Shown one piece after another: positions 27,198 through 36,998 of a DNA stretch of 64,000 bases (position 1 is the stretch's first letter; each line of letters begins with the position of its first letter). Under the pieces are notes generated by a model, which was not told where the DNA came from, ran no database searches, and saw only the letters and a program-made list of their open reading frames with translations. The stretch is from positions 4,440 to 68,439 of the forward strand of contig JABEUR010000067.1 in NCBI GenBank assembly GCA_013044405.1, read 5' to 3'. The DNA is from Acidimicrobiaceae bacterium. GTDB taxonomy: Bacteria; Actinomycetota; Acidimicrobiia; Acidimicrobiales; RAAP-2. The position numbers and the translations under genes were made by a program.

Positions 27198-29096
27198 ATG
27201 TCATCAACGTTCGGTCGTCGATCGTTCTTAACTCACTCGGCTGCCACTATCGGCGGCATCGCAATGGCAGGAACCGTCGTAGACGACTTGCTCGCGAACG
27301 CTGCGGGGGCAGCGGTTGGGGTGAACACCTCAAAGCCCAAGACTGGCGGCACACTGACCGTCGGGCTGATTTCGGATGTCCCCAACTACCACATCTTCAA
27401 TGGCTCCCAGGGCAAGATGGATGCGTCAGGATTCTGTGTCGCCAACGCGCTCTACGACCCGCTCTTCGTGATGTCAGCCAATGGCAAGACCGCCCTTCCG
27501 ATGCTCGCCCTTTCGGCGACGCCTAATTCCAATTACACCGTGTGGACGATCGCACTGCGCCAAGGGGTGAGTTTCACCAATGGCGACCCGTTCAACGCTG
27601 ATACCGTCGTCGCCAACTGGGCTGCGGCCGCAGCCGACCCGACGGTGGGGCTCGCGATTCGCCCGATTATCGCCAAGGTCGTCAAGGTGAGCAACTACAC
27701 CGTCCAATACGTCATGGTTATCCCATTCTCTACCTTCCCGTCCTCGTTGGCCGAGCAGCAGATCGCCTACATGGCCCATCCCTCGTCCTTTTCATCGACA
27801 TTCACGGGAAATCCGGTCGGGACGGGACCCTTCAAGGTCAAGGCGTGGCAGGTGCAGGTCGAGTCCAAGTTCGTGCGCAACGGCAATTACTGGCGTTCTG
27901 ACGCGGCGAACCGTCAGCTCCCGTACCTCAAGGCGATCAACTTCAAGACCATCGCCGACGACACCGCGCGCAACGAGGCCCTTCAGGCTGGCGCCGTCGA
28001 CATGATTGTCCAGCAGAACAATGCGGCGATCTCGGCCTTGAAGAAGACCAAGGGTATCCAGATGCGAACCGACGAGCACGATCCACGTGACCCGTCGGTC
28101 AACTGCCTCATCCTCAACACCACCGGTACCATGAACCAGTACTTCGCCTGGGCCGGTCAATTCACGGCGGCGATCGGGTTGCCCGGTTCACTCAGTTACC
28201 TGCTCAAGGGTCAAGCTCCGCCGGCCCAGGTCCAACTGGCCGACTACGAGGGTACCTTGGGTGCGGTCGACCCCTCAACGCTCAATTGGAACACGAAGCT
28301 CAAGCCCGTGCTCAACGATCCAACGATCCGCCAGGCCTGCGCGATGGCGCTGAACCGCTCCACCTACTTCAAGGTCGTGGACGGGAGCGTCGGTTCGGTG
28401 GCCGACGGCATCTACCGCAAGACGTCACAGTTCTACAAGAATCCCGGGTACCCCGCGTACAATCCGAGAAAGGCCAAGGCACTGGTGAACGCCTACAAGA
28501 AGAAGCACAACGTCTCTTCGGTCAACTTCGTGATCGACATCGTGTCGGGGAACTCCTCGGCGCAAAAGGAGTTCGCCTTCTTCCAGCAGCAGTTCGCCGC
28601 CGTCGGGATCAACGTGACGCCGCGTCCCGTGGTCCAGAGCACCTTGATCAACAATGTGATCTACGGGACCTACGACTGTGCGACGTGGAACCAGTTCGGT
28701 GGCGTTGACCCTTCGCTCAACTACGTTTGGTTCACGTCTCAGCCAGCAACGACGCCACTTCAGGCCGGTGGGTTGGGAATGAGTGCGTTACCCGCGGGAA
28801 CCTTCATCGCGGGTGCCGTGAACTTCGCCCACCTGGGCGACCCCACCATTGAAGGGTCGATGCTGGCCGCCCTGGCCGCGAGGCCGGGCTCGCCCGCCCA
28901 GAAGGCGGCGTGGCAGAAGGTGAACTCGCAGTTCTCCAAGGACATCCCGTACCTCTTCCTCGACGCCACGGTGACCGCCTGGGCCGTTCGGCCCAATGTG
29001 CAGAACTGGGTGTCGGGAACGGCCGGTGACGGCACGACGCGTTGCCTGAGCCCCGACGGAGGTTCGGCTCGCTGGGACCAGATCTGGGTGAGGTAG
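27198..29096 (+). CDS. Orphan Tat-exported family 5 (peptide/nickel) ABC solute-binding protein
   Basis: GRRSFL Tat motif; WTIALRQGVSF.NGDPFNA, PVGTGPF, RN.NYW. Confidence 0.85.
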   Translation: MSSTFGRRSFLTHSAATIGGIAMAGTVVDDLLANAAGAAVGVNTSKPKTGGTLTVGLISDVPNYHIFNGSQGKMDASGFCVANALYDPLFVMSANGKTALPMLALSATPNSNYTVWTIALRQGVSFTNGDPFNADTVVANWAAAAADPTVGLAIRPIIAKVVKVSNYTVQYVMVIPFSTFPSSLAEQQIAYMAHPSSFSSTFTGNPVGTGPFKVKAWQVQVESKFVRNGNYWRSDAANRQLPYLKAINFKTIADDTARNEALQAGAVDMIVQQNNAAISALKKTKGIQMRTDEHDPRDPSVNCLILNTTGTMNQYFAWAGQFTAAIGLPGSLSYLLKGQAPPAQVQLADYEGTLGAVDPSTLNWNTKLKPVLNDPTIRQACAMALNRSTYFKVVDGSVGSVADGIYRKTSQFYKNPGYPAYNPRKAKALVNAYKKKHNVSSVNFVIDIVSGNSSAQKEFAFFQQQFAAVGINVTPRPVVQSTLINNVIYGTYDCATWNQFGGVDPSLNYVWFTSQPATTPLQAGGLGMSALPAGTFIAGAVNFAHLGDPTIEGSMLAALAARPGSPAQKAAWQKVNSQFSKDIPYLFLDATVTAWAVRPNVQNWVSGTAGDGTTRCLSPDGGSARWDQIWVR

Positions 29097-29120
29097 TCCG
29101 ATCAGTCAACTGAGCGAATT

Positions 29121-29152
29121 GTGCGGGGCGACGTTACGGCGGCGCCCCGCAC
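29121..29152. terminator. Terminator-like hairpin
   Basis: GTGCGGGGCG / CGCCCCGCAC between convergent genes. Confidence 0.65.
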
Positions 29153-29172
29153 GTTGTTTGGTGGACACAAGG

Positions 29173-30330
29173 TCAATTCGGTGTGCTGATGCGACCTTCT
29201 ACGTTTCGCCACCAGAATAGCGTGGTGAGTGCGAGTGTGGTCGAAGCGATCGCGATCAGGGTGAAGGGCAGCGCCGTGTTGATCGTGAAGAGGAATCCCG
29301 AGACGCCTGCCGCGAGGGCGAGTGAGGCAGTGTTGGACATCGTGTAGAGCCCTTGGCGACGCCCGAATTCTCGGTTCATCGCTCCTTGACTCATCAGCGA
29401 CGAGATCGACGGTACCGACATCGCAGCCCCGACCGATTCAAGGGATCCGATGAACAACATCAAGTTGTTGTTGTGGATATGCGGATATATCGACAAGAAG
29501 AATGCCCCGTTCAACAGTCCGCCCAAGGCGATGTAGCGGCGATTGGCGTGATCGGCCAACCACCCGCCGACTCGACTGAGAGCGACCCAGGGCAGACTGA
29601 AGAGGGTCCAACTCAGTCGAATCTGCAACGTCGAGGCGTGGTGCGCATGCATCAGGAGACTCCAGCAGGCCTCGTAGACACCGATCCCCAGGCCGCTGGC
29701 GCTGGCTGCGAACAGGGCGCCGGTCAGCTGTGAGCTCCACTGCAGTCGCGGCAGGGGAGTCGAGTCGTAGGCCTTGTCTCCAAGGTTCGTGTTGAACGTG
29801 ACGACCGCGGCGATCAGGCTGACAATGCCCGCGATGAAGAACGCCCAGCCGAGTTGGTTCACTGACGCCACGACACCCGCAACGGGACCGACGGCGATGC
29901 CGAAGAGCTGAGCGGCCAGGATCTGGGAGAACGCCCGGCCACGCTCAGTCTCCTCGAAGAGTGCCGCGACCGCCGACATCGAAGCCACTTCAATGGCACC
30001 GGCGGACGCTCCTTGGAGTGCGCGAGTCGCGGCGAACCAAGGTGCGGCCAGTGGAAGTAGGTACGTCATACTGGCAATCCCGTAGGCGATCAAGCTGGCA
30101 ACCAGGACTTGGCGACGTCCGAACTTGTCCGCCAGGTGTCCGAGACCGAACTGCGTGGCGACACCGGCGACGAAGAAAGCCGACATGATGAAGCCGATGA
30201 TGGTTGGGGTACCTCCACGGTGCTCGAGGAAGAGGGGCAGTAGCGGCAGTCCCAGGGTTGCACCCATCCATTGGATCGCCACGATGAGCGTGAGGCGTCG
30301 CAGCGTCTTTTGGGGGCTTGATTGAAGCAT
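29173..30330 (-). CDS. MFS transporter (DHA1-like)
   Basis: GHLADKFGRR motif A; about 12 TM segments. Confidence 0.88.
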   Translation of the reverse strand: MLQSSPQKTLRRLTLIVAIQWMGATLGLPLLPLFLEHRGGTPTIIGFIMSAFFVAGVATQFGLGHLADKFGRRQVLVASLIAYGIASMTYLLPLAAPWFAATRALQGASAGAIEVASMSAVAALFEETERGRAFSQILAAQLFGIAVGPVAGVVASVNQLGWAFFIAGIVSLIAAVVTFNTNLGDKAYDSTPLPRLQWSSQLTGALFAASASGLGIGVYEACWSLLMHAHHASTLQIRLSWTLFSLPWVALSRVGGWLADHANRRYIALGGLLNGAFFLSIYPHIHNNNLMLFIGSLESVGAAMSVPSISSLMSQGAMNREFGRRQGLYTMSNTASLALAAGVSGFLFTINTALPFTLIAIASTTLALTTLFWWRNVEGRISTPN

Positions 30331-30375
30331 CTCGACCACGTTACCGGTCGCCTGAACGCCAATCCGTACCAATGT

Positions 30376-30942
30376 TCAGAGGGACCCGCATTCGATCAAT
30401 ATCAAGATGCCCAGTCCGAGATAGATCCAAGGGACCATCGATCGGGCGTGACGAGTTCCCCATTCGACTACCTGGGGTCGGCGTGTGAGACGCTGCGCAC
30501 CGACGACGAACAGCCACTCCCACAGGGCAAAGGTGAGGATCGTCACGAGCGATCGGCCAACGCCGTTGGCGCGTAACAAGGGAATCCACACGGCCAGGTT
30601 GTCACCACCGAGTGCGAGGGTGATCGTGAAGGTCGTCAGTGCACCGCGTCGAACCTGCTGGGTCCTCGCTTGGTCGCCGTGGCGCCACGCGTGGGCCGCG
30701 AGCGCCCAGGGGGCGAGACAGAGGATCCCGACCCAGCGCAGTGGAATACCCGCCAAGAGTGAACCGACTCCCGCCGCCAGGACCACCAGCATCGCCACGG
30801 CGCTCGCCTGGGCCCAACTGACTCGACGAATCTTGGCCGGTTCGGTGATGAGCAGTTGAGCGGCGAAGGCGAAGAGGTTGTCGAACATGGTGGCGACGAA
30901 TCCAACGGAGGAGGCGATGAAGACTCCGAGAAGCGTATGCAC
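30376..30942 (-). CDS. CadD-family (cadmium resistance, LysE superfamily) transporter
   Basis: FVATMFDN, LALGGDNLAVWIP, VPWIYLGLGI.IL.E. Confidence 0.7.
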   Translation of the reverse strand: MHTLLGVFIASSVGFVATMFDNLFAFAAQLLITEPAKIRRVSWAQASAVAMLVVLAAGVGSLLAGIPLRWVGILCLAPWALAAHAWRHGDQARTQQVRRGALTTFTITLALGGDNLAVWIPLLRANGVGRSLVTILTFALWEWLFVVGAQRLTRRPQVVEWGTRHARSMVPWIYLGLGILILIECGSL

Positions 30943-31001
30943 GCGCTGACCTTACTTGAGAGTATGGTTTCGCCAAAACGTCGAGATATAGGCTGACGTT
31001 G

Positions 31002-31976
31002 ATGATTCGCGAAGTCCTGCCCCCCACTGACGATCAACTCGACGCTGCGCGTCGGGTGATCGCTGACCACCTCGAGGAGACCCCGAGCGTCACCTTGAGC
31101 ATGCGGGGGCGACCGGTACGCGCCAAACTCGAGGGCCTTCAGGTCACGGGATCGTTCAAGGTGCGCGGTGCCCTGGCCGCGATCGACGCCGCACATCGCC
31201 TCGAACCCGACGGTGCGGTGATAACGGCATCAGCCGGTAATCACGGGCTGGGCATCGCCTTCGCATCGACGACCTTGGACGTTCGTGCGACCGTGGTCGT
31301 TCCCGCGAACGCCTCGGCCGTCAAGGTCAAGAAATTGTCACAGTTCGATATCGAACTGATCCAGTACGGCACCTCATTCGATGAGGCCCAGGCCCACGCG
31401 CTCGAATTGGCCGATCGGCGATCGATCAGATTCGTCTCACCCTTCAACGACGCTGACGTCATCGCTGGTCAGTCGACTGTTTTCGATGAATTCTTTCGCC
31501 AATCGCCCGGCCTGGAGCATCTCGTCGTTTCGGTCGGAGGCGGCGGACTGATCTCGGGGGCGATCCTGATGCGTCGTGCCCTCGGACTCGACTCGCTTCG
31601 GATCACCGGCGTCCAGCCAGAACAGAGCGCAGCGCTCTACCACGTCTTGCGCGGAGCCAAGATGAGTGACGTGGTTCATCACCCCACGATCGCCGATGGG
31701 TTGGCGGGCGGCGGTGACGATGGCGCCGTGACCAACGAACTGATCGCGACGAGCTCGACGCCTCTGGTGTTGGTACCCGAAAGCGAAATTCGCCGAGGCG
31801 TTCGTGAGGCGGCCGAGTACAACGGACTGGTGATCGAGGGTTCGGCCGCGGCGTCGTATGCGGCTATCACCAACGACCTCATCGGTGACCAGGTGTCCCG
31901 GGTCGGATTCGTCGTCAGTGGTCGAAACATCGCCCACGATCTGTTCGTGACGCTGCTCCAAGAACCGTTCGCGTAG
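31002..31976 (+). CDS. PLP-dependent threonine/serine dehydratase family
   Basis: KLE.LQ.TGSFKVRGA, ASAGNHG, VGGGGLISG, TIADGL, SGRN. Confidence 0.88.
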   Translation: MIREVLPPTDDQLDAARRVIADHLEETPSVTLSMRGRPVRAKLEGLQVTGSFKVRGALAAIDAAHRLEPDGAVITASAGNHGLGIAFASTTLDVRATVVVPANASAVKVKKLSQFDIELIQYGTSFDEAQAHALELADRRSIRFVSPFNDADVIAGQSTVFDEFFRQSPGLEHLVVSVGGGGLISGAILMRRALGLDSLRITGVQPEQSAALYHVLRGAKMSDVVHHPTIADGLAGGGDDGAVTNELIATSSTPLVLVPESEIRRGVREAAEYNGLVIEGSAAASYAAITNDLIGDQVSRVGFVVSGRNIAHDLFVTLLQEPFA

Positions 31977-32019
31977 TCCATCTGAGTAGCGCTTCAAAAT
32001 CGAACGGTAGGGTGGAGTC

Positions 32020-32814
32020 ATGGCGATGACCAAGCGGCTGCCCACAATCGTTCTGGCCGTGGTGGCCATCGCACTCACCGTCACCGGCATCGTCCTGGCG
32101 GCGACCGACCCCAATCCGCGAGGCGGCGCCAGTGACCATCTGGCCCTCAATGGTTACCCGCCGCGTTCGGCACAGTTGCTGGTCACCGTCTCGACCGGTC
32201 AGGCCTATTCGCTGAGTGCGAACGTGAATGTCAATTTCGACAGCAATAACGTCGAGGCGATCGTGCACTTCCCGATGGTCTTTGCGCTCGCATCGGTCGA
32301 CCTTAAGTTGGTCAATAACCACTTGTACGCGGGATCGGCTGAAGCCACCTCCGGACCGTACTTCTCCATTGCCCTCAAACAGCCGAGTTTGTTCGGAGTG
32401 GCGCTCGAGATGACCAAACCCGACATCGCGCTGATCACGGGTTTCAGTAAGTCGATCACTCGAAACGGGGACTTCACGACCTACGACTTTCGCCGAAGCG
32501 GCGTGGCGATCTCGAATGTCCTGGGAGGTTCGAAGAGTCCGGCCATGATTGGTTCGCTCGTCTGGACCATCACCGTGGGCAAACAAGGAGAGGTCACTCA
32601 GAGCACGCTCGTGGTGAAGGGTCCTCGCAGCGTCACCACCCTGAGTGCCACCGTCATCTCATACAACCAGAGTGCGAAGATCAGCGCGCCACCCGCCGCC
32701 CAGGTGAAGCCCGTCAACGCTTCGGTGATCACGTCGCTGCTGGGCTCGGTGCCGCTGAGCACAGTGCTCATGCCCCAGAACCTGACGTCACTGGGACAAT
32801 TGCACCTCAACTAA
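32020..32814 (+). CDS. Hypothetical secreted/anchored beta-rich protein (LolA/LppX-like fold possible)
   Basis: N-terminal TM/signal; alternating beta-strand pattern; C-terminal YN.S.KISAPP. Confidence 0.55.
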   Translation: MAMTKRLPTIVLAVVAIALTVTGIVLAATDPNPRGGASDHLALNGYPPRSAQLLVTVSTGQAYSLSANVNVNFDSNNVEAIVHFPMVFALASVDLKLVNNHLYAGSAEATSGPYFSIALKQPSLFGVALEMTKPDIALITGFSKSITRNGDFTTYDFRRSGVAISNVLGGSKSPAMIGSLVWTITVGKQGEVTQSTLVVKGPRSVTTLSATVISYNQSAKISAPPAAQVKPVNASVITSLLGSVPLSTVLMPQNLTSLGQLHLN

Positions 32815-32824
32815 CGTGACGTCG

Positions 32825-33463
32825 ATGGACACCGTCGAACCTGAGCCGCACTGGCCACCGGCCCTGGCGCTGCTGTCGTGCATGGTGCTCTACTTTGTCC
32901 TACCCAACCGGCTGGTGGTCGGTCCACGCTGGATTCTGCCGTTGCTGATTGGGCTGCCCCTCATCCCATTGCTCGCCAAACGCCATCGTCACCCCAACGA
33001 AGCTCCGTGGGTTCGTCAATTGACCATCGCACTGATCGCACTCATTTCGGTGGCCAACCTGGTATCGGTCGCCCTCCTCGTGCACGTCTTGTTGATCGCG
33101 AACGTCTCTCAGGGTCGCAATCTGATCTATTCGGCAGTGTCGGTATGGCTCACCAACGTCATCGTGTACGGACTGTGGTTCTGGGAGATCGATCGAGGTG
33201 GTCCGCATCTGCGGGCCGGCGGCGCTGGGAGGCTTCCCGACATTCAGTTCCCCCAGATGGAGAATCCAACGCTCGCTCCCGCGAAATGGCGCCCGAAGTT
33301 CTTCGACTATCTCTACACGTCCTTCGCCAACGGGACCAGTTTCGCCCCGGCCGACGCGATGCCCCTCACCCATCAAGCCAAAGTGCTCTTCGCCGGCGAA
33401 TCGCTGGTCTCGCTCGTGACCATCGCCGTGGTGGCCGCGCGAGCGGTGAACATACTGAAGTAG
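32825..33463 (+). CDS. DUF1345 family membrane protein
   Basis: WLTNV..YGLW.WEIDRGG, FPQM, W.P.F.DYLY.S..N...F.P.D.MPL. Confidence 0.8.
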   Translation: MDTVEPEPHWPPALALLSCMVLYFVLPNRLVVGPRWILPLLIGLPLIPLLAKRHRHPNEAPWVRQLTIALIALISVANLVSVALLVHVLLIANVSQGRNLIYSAVSVWLTNVIVYGLWFWEIDRGGPHLRAGGAGRLPDIQFPQMENPTLAPAKWRPKFFDYLYTSFANGTSFAPADAMPLTHQAKVLFAGESLVSLVTIAVVAARAVNILK

Positions 33464-33472
33464 CTGGTGTCG

Positions 33473-34861
33473 CTAGCCGAGTAGGCGTTCGAGGAGACGC
33501 CCGAAGCGGCTCTCGCGACCCTTGTTCGATTCGGTGCGGTCGGCCCAGCCGGCGAGGCCCAGTCCAACATTGATCCCGAGCCAGCGAAGTGGTTCAATCT
33601 CCCATTTCGGATTCACGTGCTCGACGAAGGCCAGTTTGGTGAAGTCGGTCTCCACTTCGGGTGCCGTGATCAAATCCGCGAGTGCGATGGCGGCGACGTG
33701 GCTCAGAACAACGCCGTCTCCGGTGTATCCACCGGCCGAAGCCAATCCACTACGCGAATCGATCCGCACCGACGGCCAAAAGTCCCTCGGCATCGCCAGC
33801 GGACCACCCCACCGGTGAGTGGGCGAACCCGAGAGGGTAGGGAAGAGCTCTCGTAGCGTCGTCTCTAGCTTGTCGAAGACCTTGGGACTGGAATCGAATC
33901 GTTCCTCCACGGTCGAGCCAAAGTGGTACGGCGAACCGCGTCCGCCAAAGGCGATTCGGTCGTCCGTCGTTCGCTGGCCGTAAATGATCAGATGTCGGCC
34001 GTCGGCGAACGTCTCGCGATCTGCGAAGCCGTACTCGGACCAGAACTGCGCCGACTGTGGCTCACTGGCGATCATCAGCGAATAGATCGGTGCGACGCTT
34101 CGACGATGGCCGCCCAGGGTGGGAGTGAACCCTTCAGTTGCTCGCACGACCACTTCGGCATGCACGCTGGCCCCGATGGTGACGACTTCGGGCTGGTGGC
34201 CGGCCCTGCCGGGGATGATCTTGGTCACGGGAGAGTTCTCGAAGACCTCGACACCAAGACGTTGGACCGTCTCACACAGACCGCGAACAAGTCGCGCTGG
34301 ATTGATTCGTGCACAGTGTGGCGAATAGGTAGCCCCGAGCGCGCCATGGACGTGTCCGCGTTCTCGTAGTGCATCACCCTCGAGCCATTCGAGATCCTCG
34401 TTCCCCACGCCGCGTGCGCGAGATGCCTCCACCGACGCCATGAGTCGGTTCCGTTGGACTTCGCTGCGCGCGAAACTGAGCGTTCCGCCGTGGGCAAAGT
34501 CGGCGTCGATACCGTCGTGGGCCATTGACGTGCCTAACGCACCCACCGCATCCCAAAGCACGCTTTGCAGGTGGAGCAGCGCATCCTCACCGTATCGTTC
34601 GGACACGCTTTCCTCGCCAACCGGGAAGAGTCCCGACGCCCATCCACCGTTGCGTCCTGATGCCCCGAATCCGCACACCGACTTTTCGATGACCGCAATC
34701 CTCATGTGTGGGTCGCGGCGAATCAGCTCACGCGCCGTCCAGAGTCCGGTGAAGCCGCCGCCGACTATCGCGACGTCTACGTCGAGGTGACGCCCCAAGG
34801 GGGGTCGAGCAATGACCGGCTGGGCCAGGCTCGACCACCACAGTGACTGTGGTGGTTCCAC
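33473..34861 (-). CDS. FAD-dependent oxidoreductase (PuuB/DadA family)
   Basis: VAIVGGGFTGLW, GASGRNGG, RATEG, GGYTGDGV. Confidence 0.88.
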   Translation of the reverse strand: MEPPQSLWWSSLAQPVIARPPLGRHLDVDVAIVGGGFTGLWTARELIRRDPHMRIAVIEKSVCGFGASGRNGGWASGLFPVGEESVSERYGEDALLHLQSVLWDAVGALGTSMAHDGIDADFAHGGTLSFARSEVQRNRLMASVEASRARGVGNEDLEWLEGDALRERGHVHGALGATYSPHCARINPARLVRGLCETVQRLGVEVFENSPVTKIIPGRAGHQPEVVTIGASVHAEVVVRATEGFTPTLGGHRRSVAPIYSLMIASEPQSAQFWSEYGFADRETFADGRHLIIYGQRTTDDRIAFGGRGSPYHFGSTVEERFDSSPKVFDKLETTLRELFPTLSGSPTHRWGGPLAMPRDFWPSVRIDSRSGLASAGGYTGDGVVLSHVAAIALADLITAPEVETDFTKLAFVEHVNPKWEIEPLRWLGINVGLGLAGWADRTESNKGRESRFGRLLERLLG

Positions 34862-36282
34862 TACGAGAAGAGCTTCGATGCTCCGGTGAATACCTCGCGC
34901 ATGGTGCCGACCATGAAGTCGATGTCCTCGCGCGTAGAGATGAGCGGCGGGGCCAGCTGGACAACCGGGTCTCCTCGGTCGTCGGATCGGCAGATCAGAC
35001 CGCGCCGGAACATCTCAGGCGAGACGTAACCGCGCAAGAGCCGCTCTGCGTCTTCGCCCGCCCAGGTCTCCTTGGTCTCCTGGTCCTTGACGAGTTCGAC
35101 GCCCCAGAAGTAACCGGCACCTCGCACATCACCGACGATCGGGATATCGCGCAGTCCGAGCAGGCTCTGGTGGAAGTACTCCTCGTTGGCCAGCACGTTC
35201 TCGAGGACCTTCTCGTCCTCCATGATCTCGATGCTCTTGAGCGCCACGGCGCACGACACCGGGTGCCCGGACCACGTGAAGCCGTGGATGAAGGAGTTGT
35301 CGTCGTTCATGAACGGCTCGGCCAGTCGGTCCGAGACGATCATCGCCCCGAGGGGGGCGTAGCCCGCGGTGATTCCCTTGGCGGCGGTGATGATGTCTGG
35401 AACGTAGTCGTACTTCTGACCACCGAACCATGTGCCAAGACGACCGAAAGCGCAGATGACCTCGTCCGACACGAGGATGACGCCGTATCGGTCGCAGACC
35501 TCGCGAACCTCTTTCCAGTAACCCGGAGGAGGCGTGAAACAGCCACCGGCGTTCTGAACGGGCTCAAGGAAGACCGCGGCGACGGTCTCTGGACCTTCGC
35601 GCAGGATCGCTTCTTCGATCTGGTGGGCCTGCCAGAGTCCAAAGGCCACTGGATCATCCGCGAAACGATCGGTCCGGTAGAAGTTGGTCGCCGGTACCTT
35701 CACCGCTCCGGGCACGAGTGGCTCGAAAGGCTTGCGATAGCCCTCGAGCGAAGTGATGGTGAGCGCCCCCATCGTCGTGCCGTGATAGGCGACGTCACGA
35801 CTGATCACCTTGTAGCGATCGGTGTCGCCTCGCATCTTGTGATACTGACGCGCGAGCTTCCACGCACTCTCGTTGGCTTCGCCACCACCGGTGGTGAAGA
35901 AGACGCGATTGAGGTCGCCTGGCGCCAAACTGGCCAGTTTCTCGGCGAGCTCGATCGCCCGTGGGTGGGCGTAGGTCCACAGCGGGAAGAACGCCAGAGT
36001 CGTCATCTGCTCAGCAGCAGCCGCGGCGATGTCCGCGCGGCCGTGGCCCAGCATGTTCGTGAACAGCCCGGCCAGTCCGTCGAAGTACTTGACCCCGTTG
36101 GCGTCAAAGACGTGGGTACCTTCGCCGCGTACCATGATCGGAATTTCCTTGTGCTCGTCGTACGATCCCATGCGCGACATCTGCAGCCACAAGTTACGAC
36201 GAGCGCGCTCGGAATAACTATGACTGGCGTGCTTCTCGTCAGTGAAGTTGATTCCATCACTAATGATTTCGTGGATAGTCAC
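34861..36282 (-). CDS. Class III omega-aminotransferase (putrescine/polyamine:pyruvate type)
   Basis: YFDGLAGL, TTGGGEANE, AYHGTT, EPVQNAGG, SDEVICAFGR, AKGITAGY. Confidence 0.9.
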   Translation of the reverse strand: MTIHEIISDGINFTDEKHASHSYSERARRNLWLQMSRMGSYDEHKEIPIMVRGEGTHVFDANGVKYFDGLAGLFTNMLGHGRADIAAAAAEQMTTLAFFPLWTYAHPRAIELAEKLASLAPGDLNRVFFTTGGGEANESAWKLARQYHKMRGDTDRYKVISRDVAYHGTTMGALTITSLEGYRKPFEPLVPGAVKVPATNFYRTDRFADDPVAFGLWQAHQIEEAILREGPETVAAVFLEPVQNAGGCFTPPPGYWKEVREVCDRYGVILVSDEVICAFGRLGTWFGGQKYDYVPDIITAAKGITAGYAPLGAMIVSDRLAEPFMNDDNSFIHGFTWSGHPVSCAVALKSIEIMEDEKVLENVLANEEYFHQSLLGLRDIPIVGDVRGAGYFWGVELVKDQETKETWAGEDAERLLRGYVSPEMFRRGLICRSDDRGDPVVQLAPPLISTREDIDFMVGTMREVFTGASKLFS

Positions 36283-36803
36283 TTTGCCCCCCAGGCGTAG
36301 GTCTGCTTTGAGAGTTTCAAATACAGAAAGGTTTCAACTTCGGTCACACCCGGAATGCTGCGGATGGAGTCGTTGAGAAGGTGCACCAGCGCATTGTCAT
36401 CTTCGGCGATGACCTCGGCGATGATGTCGAAACTGCCGGCCGTCATGACCACGTAGTTGGCCTCTTCGATGGCCGCGACTTTGTCGGCGACCAGTCGAAC
36501 GTCACCGTGGACACGGATTCCCACCAGGGCCTCGCGCCCGTAGCCCAATTGGAGTGGATCGGTGATGGCGACGATCTGCATGACGCCCGAATCCTTCAGG
36601 CGCTGCACGCGACGACGCACACCGGCCTCGGAGAGGCCCACTTCCTCAGCGATTGCGCCATAGGCACGTCGACCATCGATCTGGAGTTGGGCGATGATCT
36701 GGCGATCGATGGAATCCAGGCCGTTCGGCGCGGACGATACCAACTCGATGCCGGAACGCTCTGCGTTCAAATGGGTCTGTCGCTGTGGTTTTGTGGTTGA
36801 CAT
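36279..36803 (-). CDS. Lrp/AsnC family regulator
   Basis: LDSIDRQII.QLQ.DGR..Y..IA..VGLSE..VR.RV.RL; TAGSFD. Confidence 0.92.
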   Translation of the reverse strand: MSTTKPQRQTHLNAERSGIELVSSAPNGLDSIDRQIIAQLQIDGRRAYGAIAEEVGLSEAGVRRRVQRLKDSGVMQIVAITDPLQLGYGREALVGIRVHGDVRLVADKVAAIEEANYVVMTAGSFDIIAEVIAEDDNALVHLLNDSIRSIPGVTEVETFLYLKLSKQTYAWGAK

Positions 36804-36998
36804 TGGTTGCTCCCGGCTCGGTGACCTGAGGTCCCGTGGCTGCGGATAGAGACAGTATAGGGGCAAATCGTGACGAGATGCGCAGTTAATTTCCCAGAAA
36901 CATGCTTATTTCATCACAACCATGTTGCGCGACCCTGGCAATCTCTGGCAGAGTGGCTCATGGTGCACCTCGGGGTGCTCAGAACTTGGAGGGGAATC

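Noticed and set aside
34843-36300. 485-aa plus-strand ORF
   Set aside because: Antisense shadow of the aminotransferase; high-GC codon bias suppresses stops; no motifs
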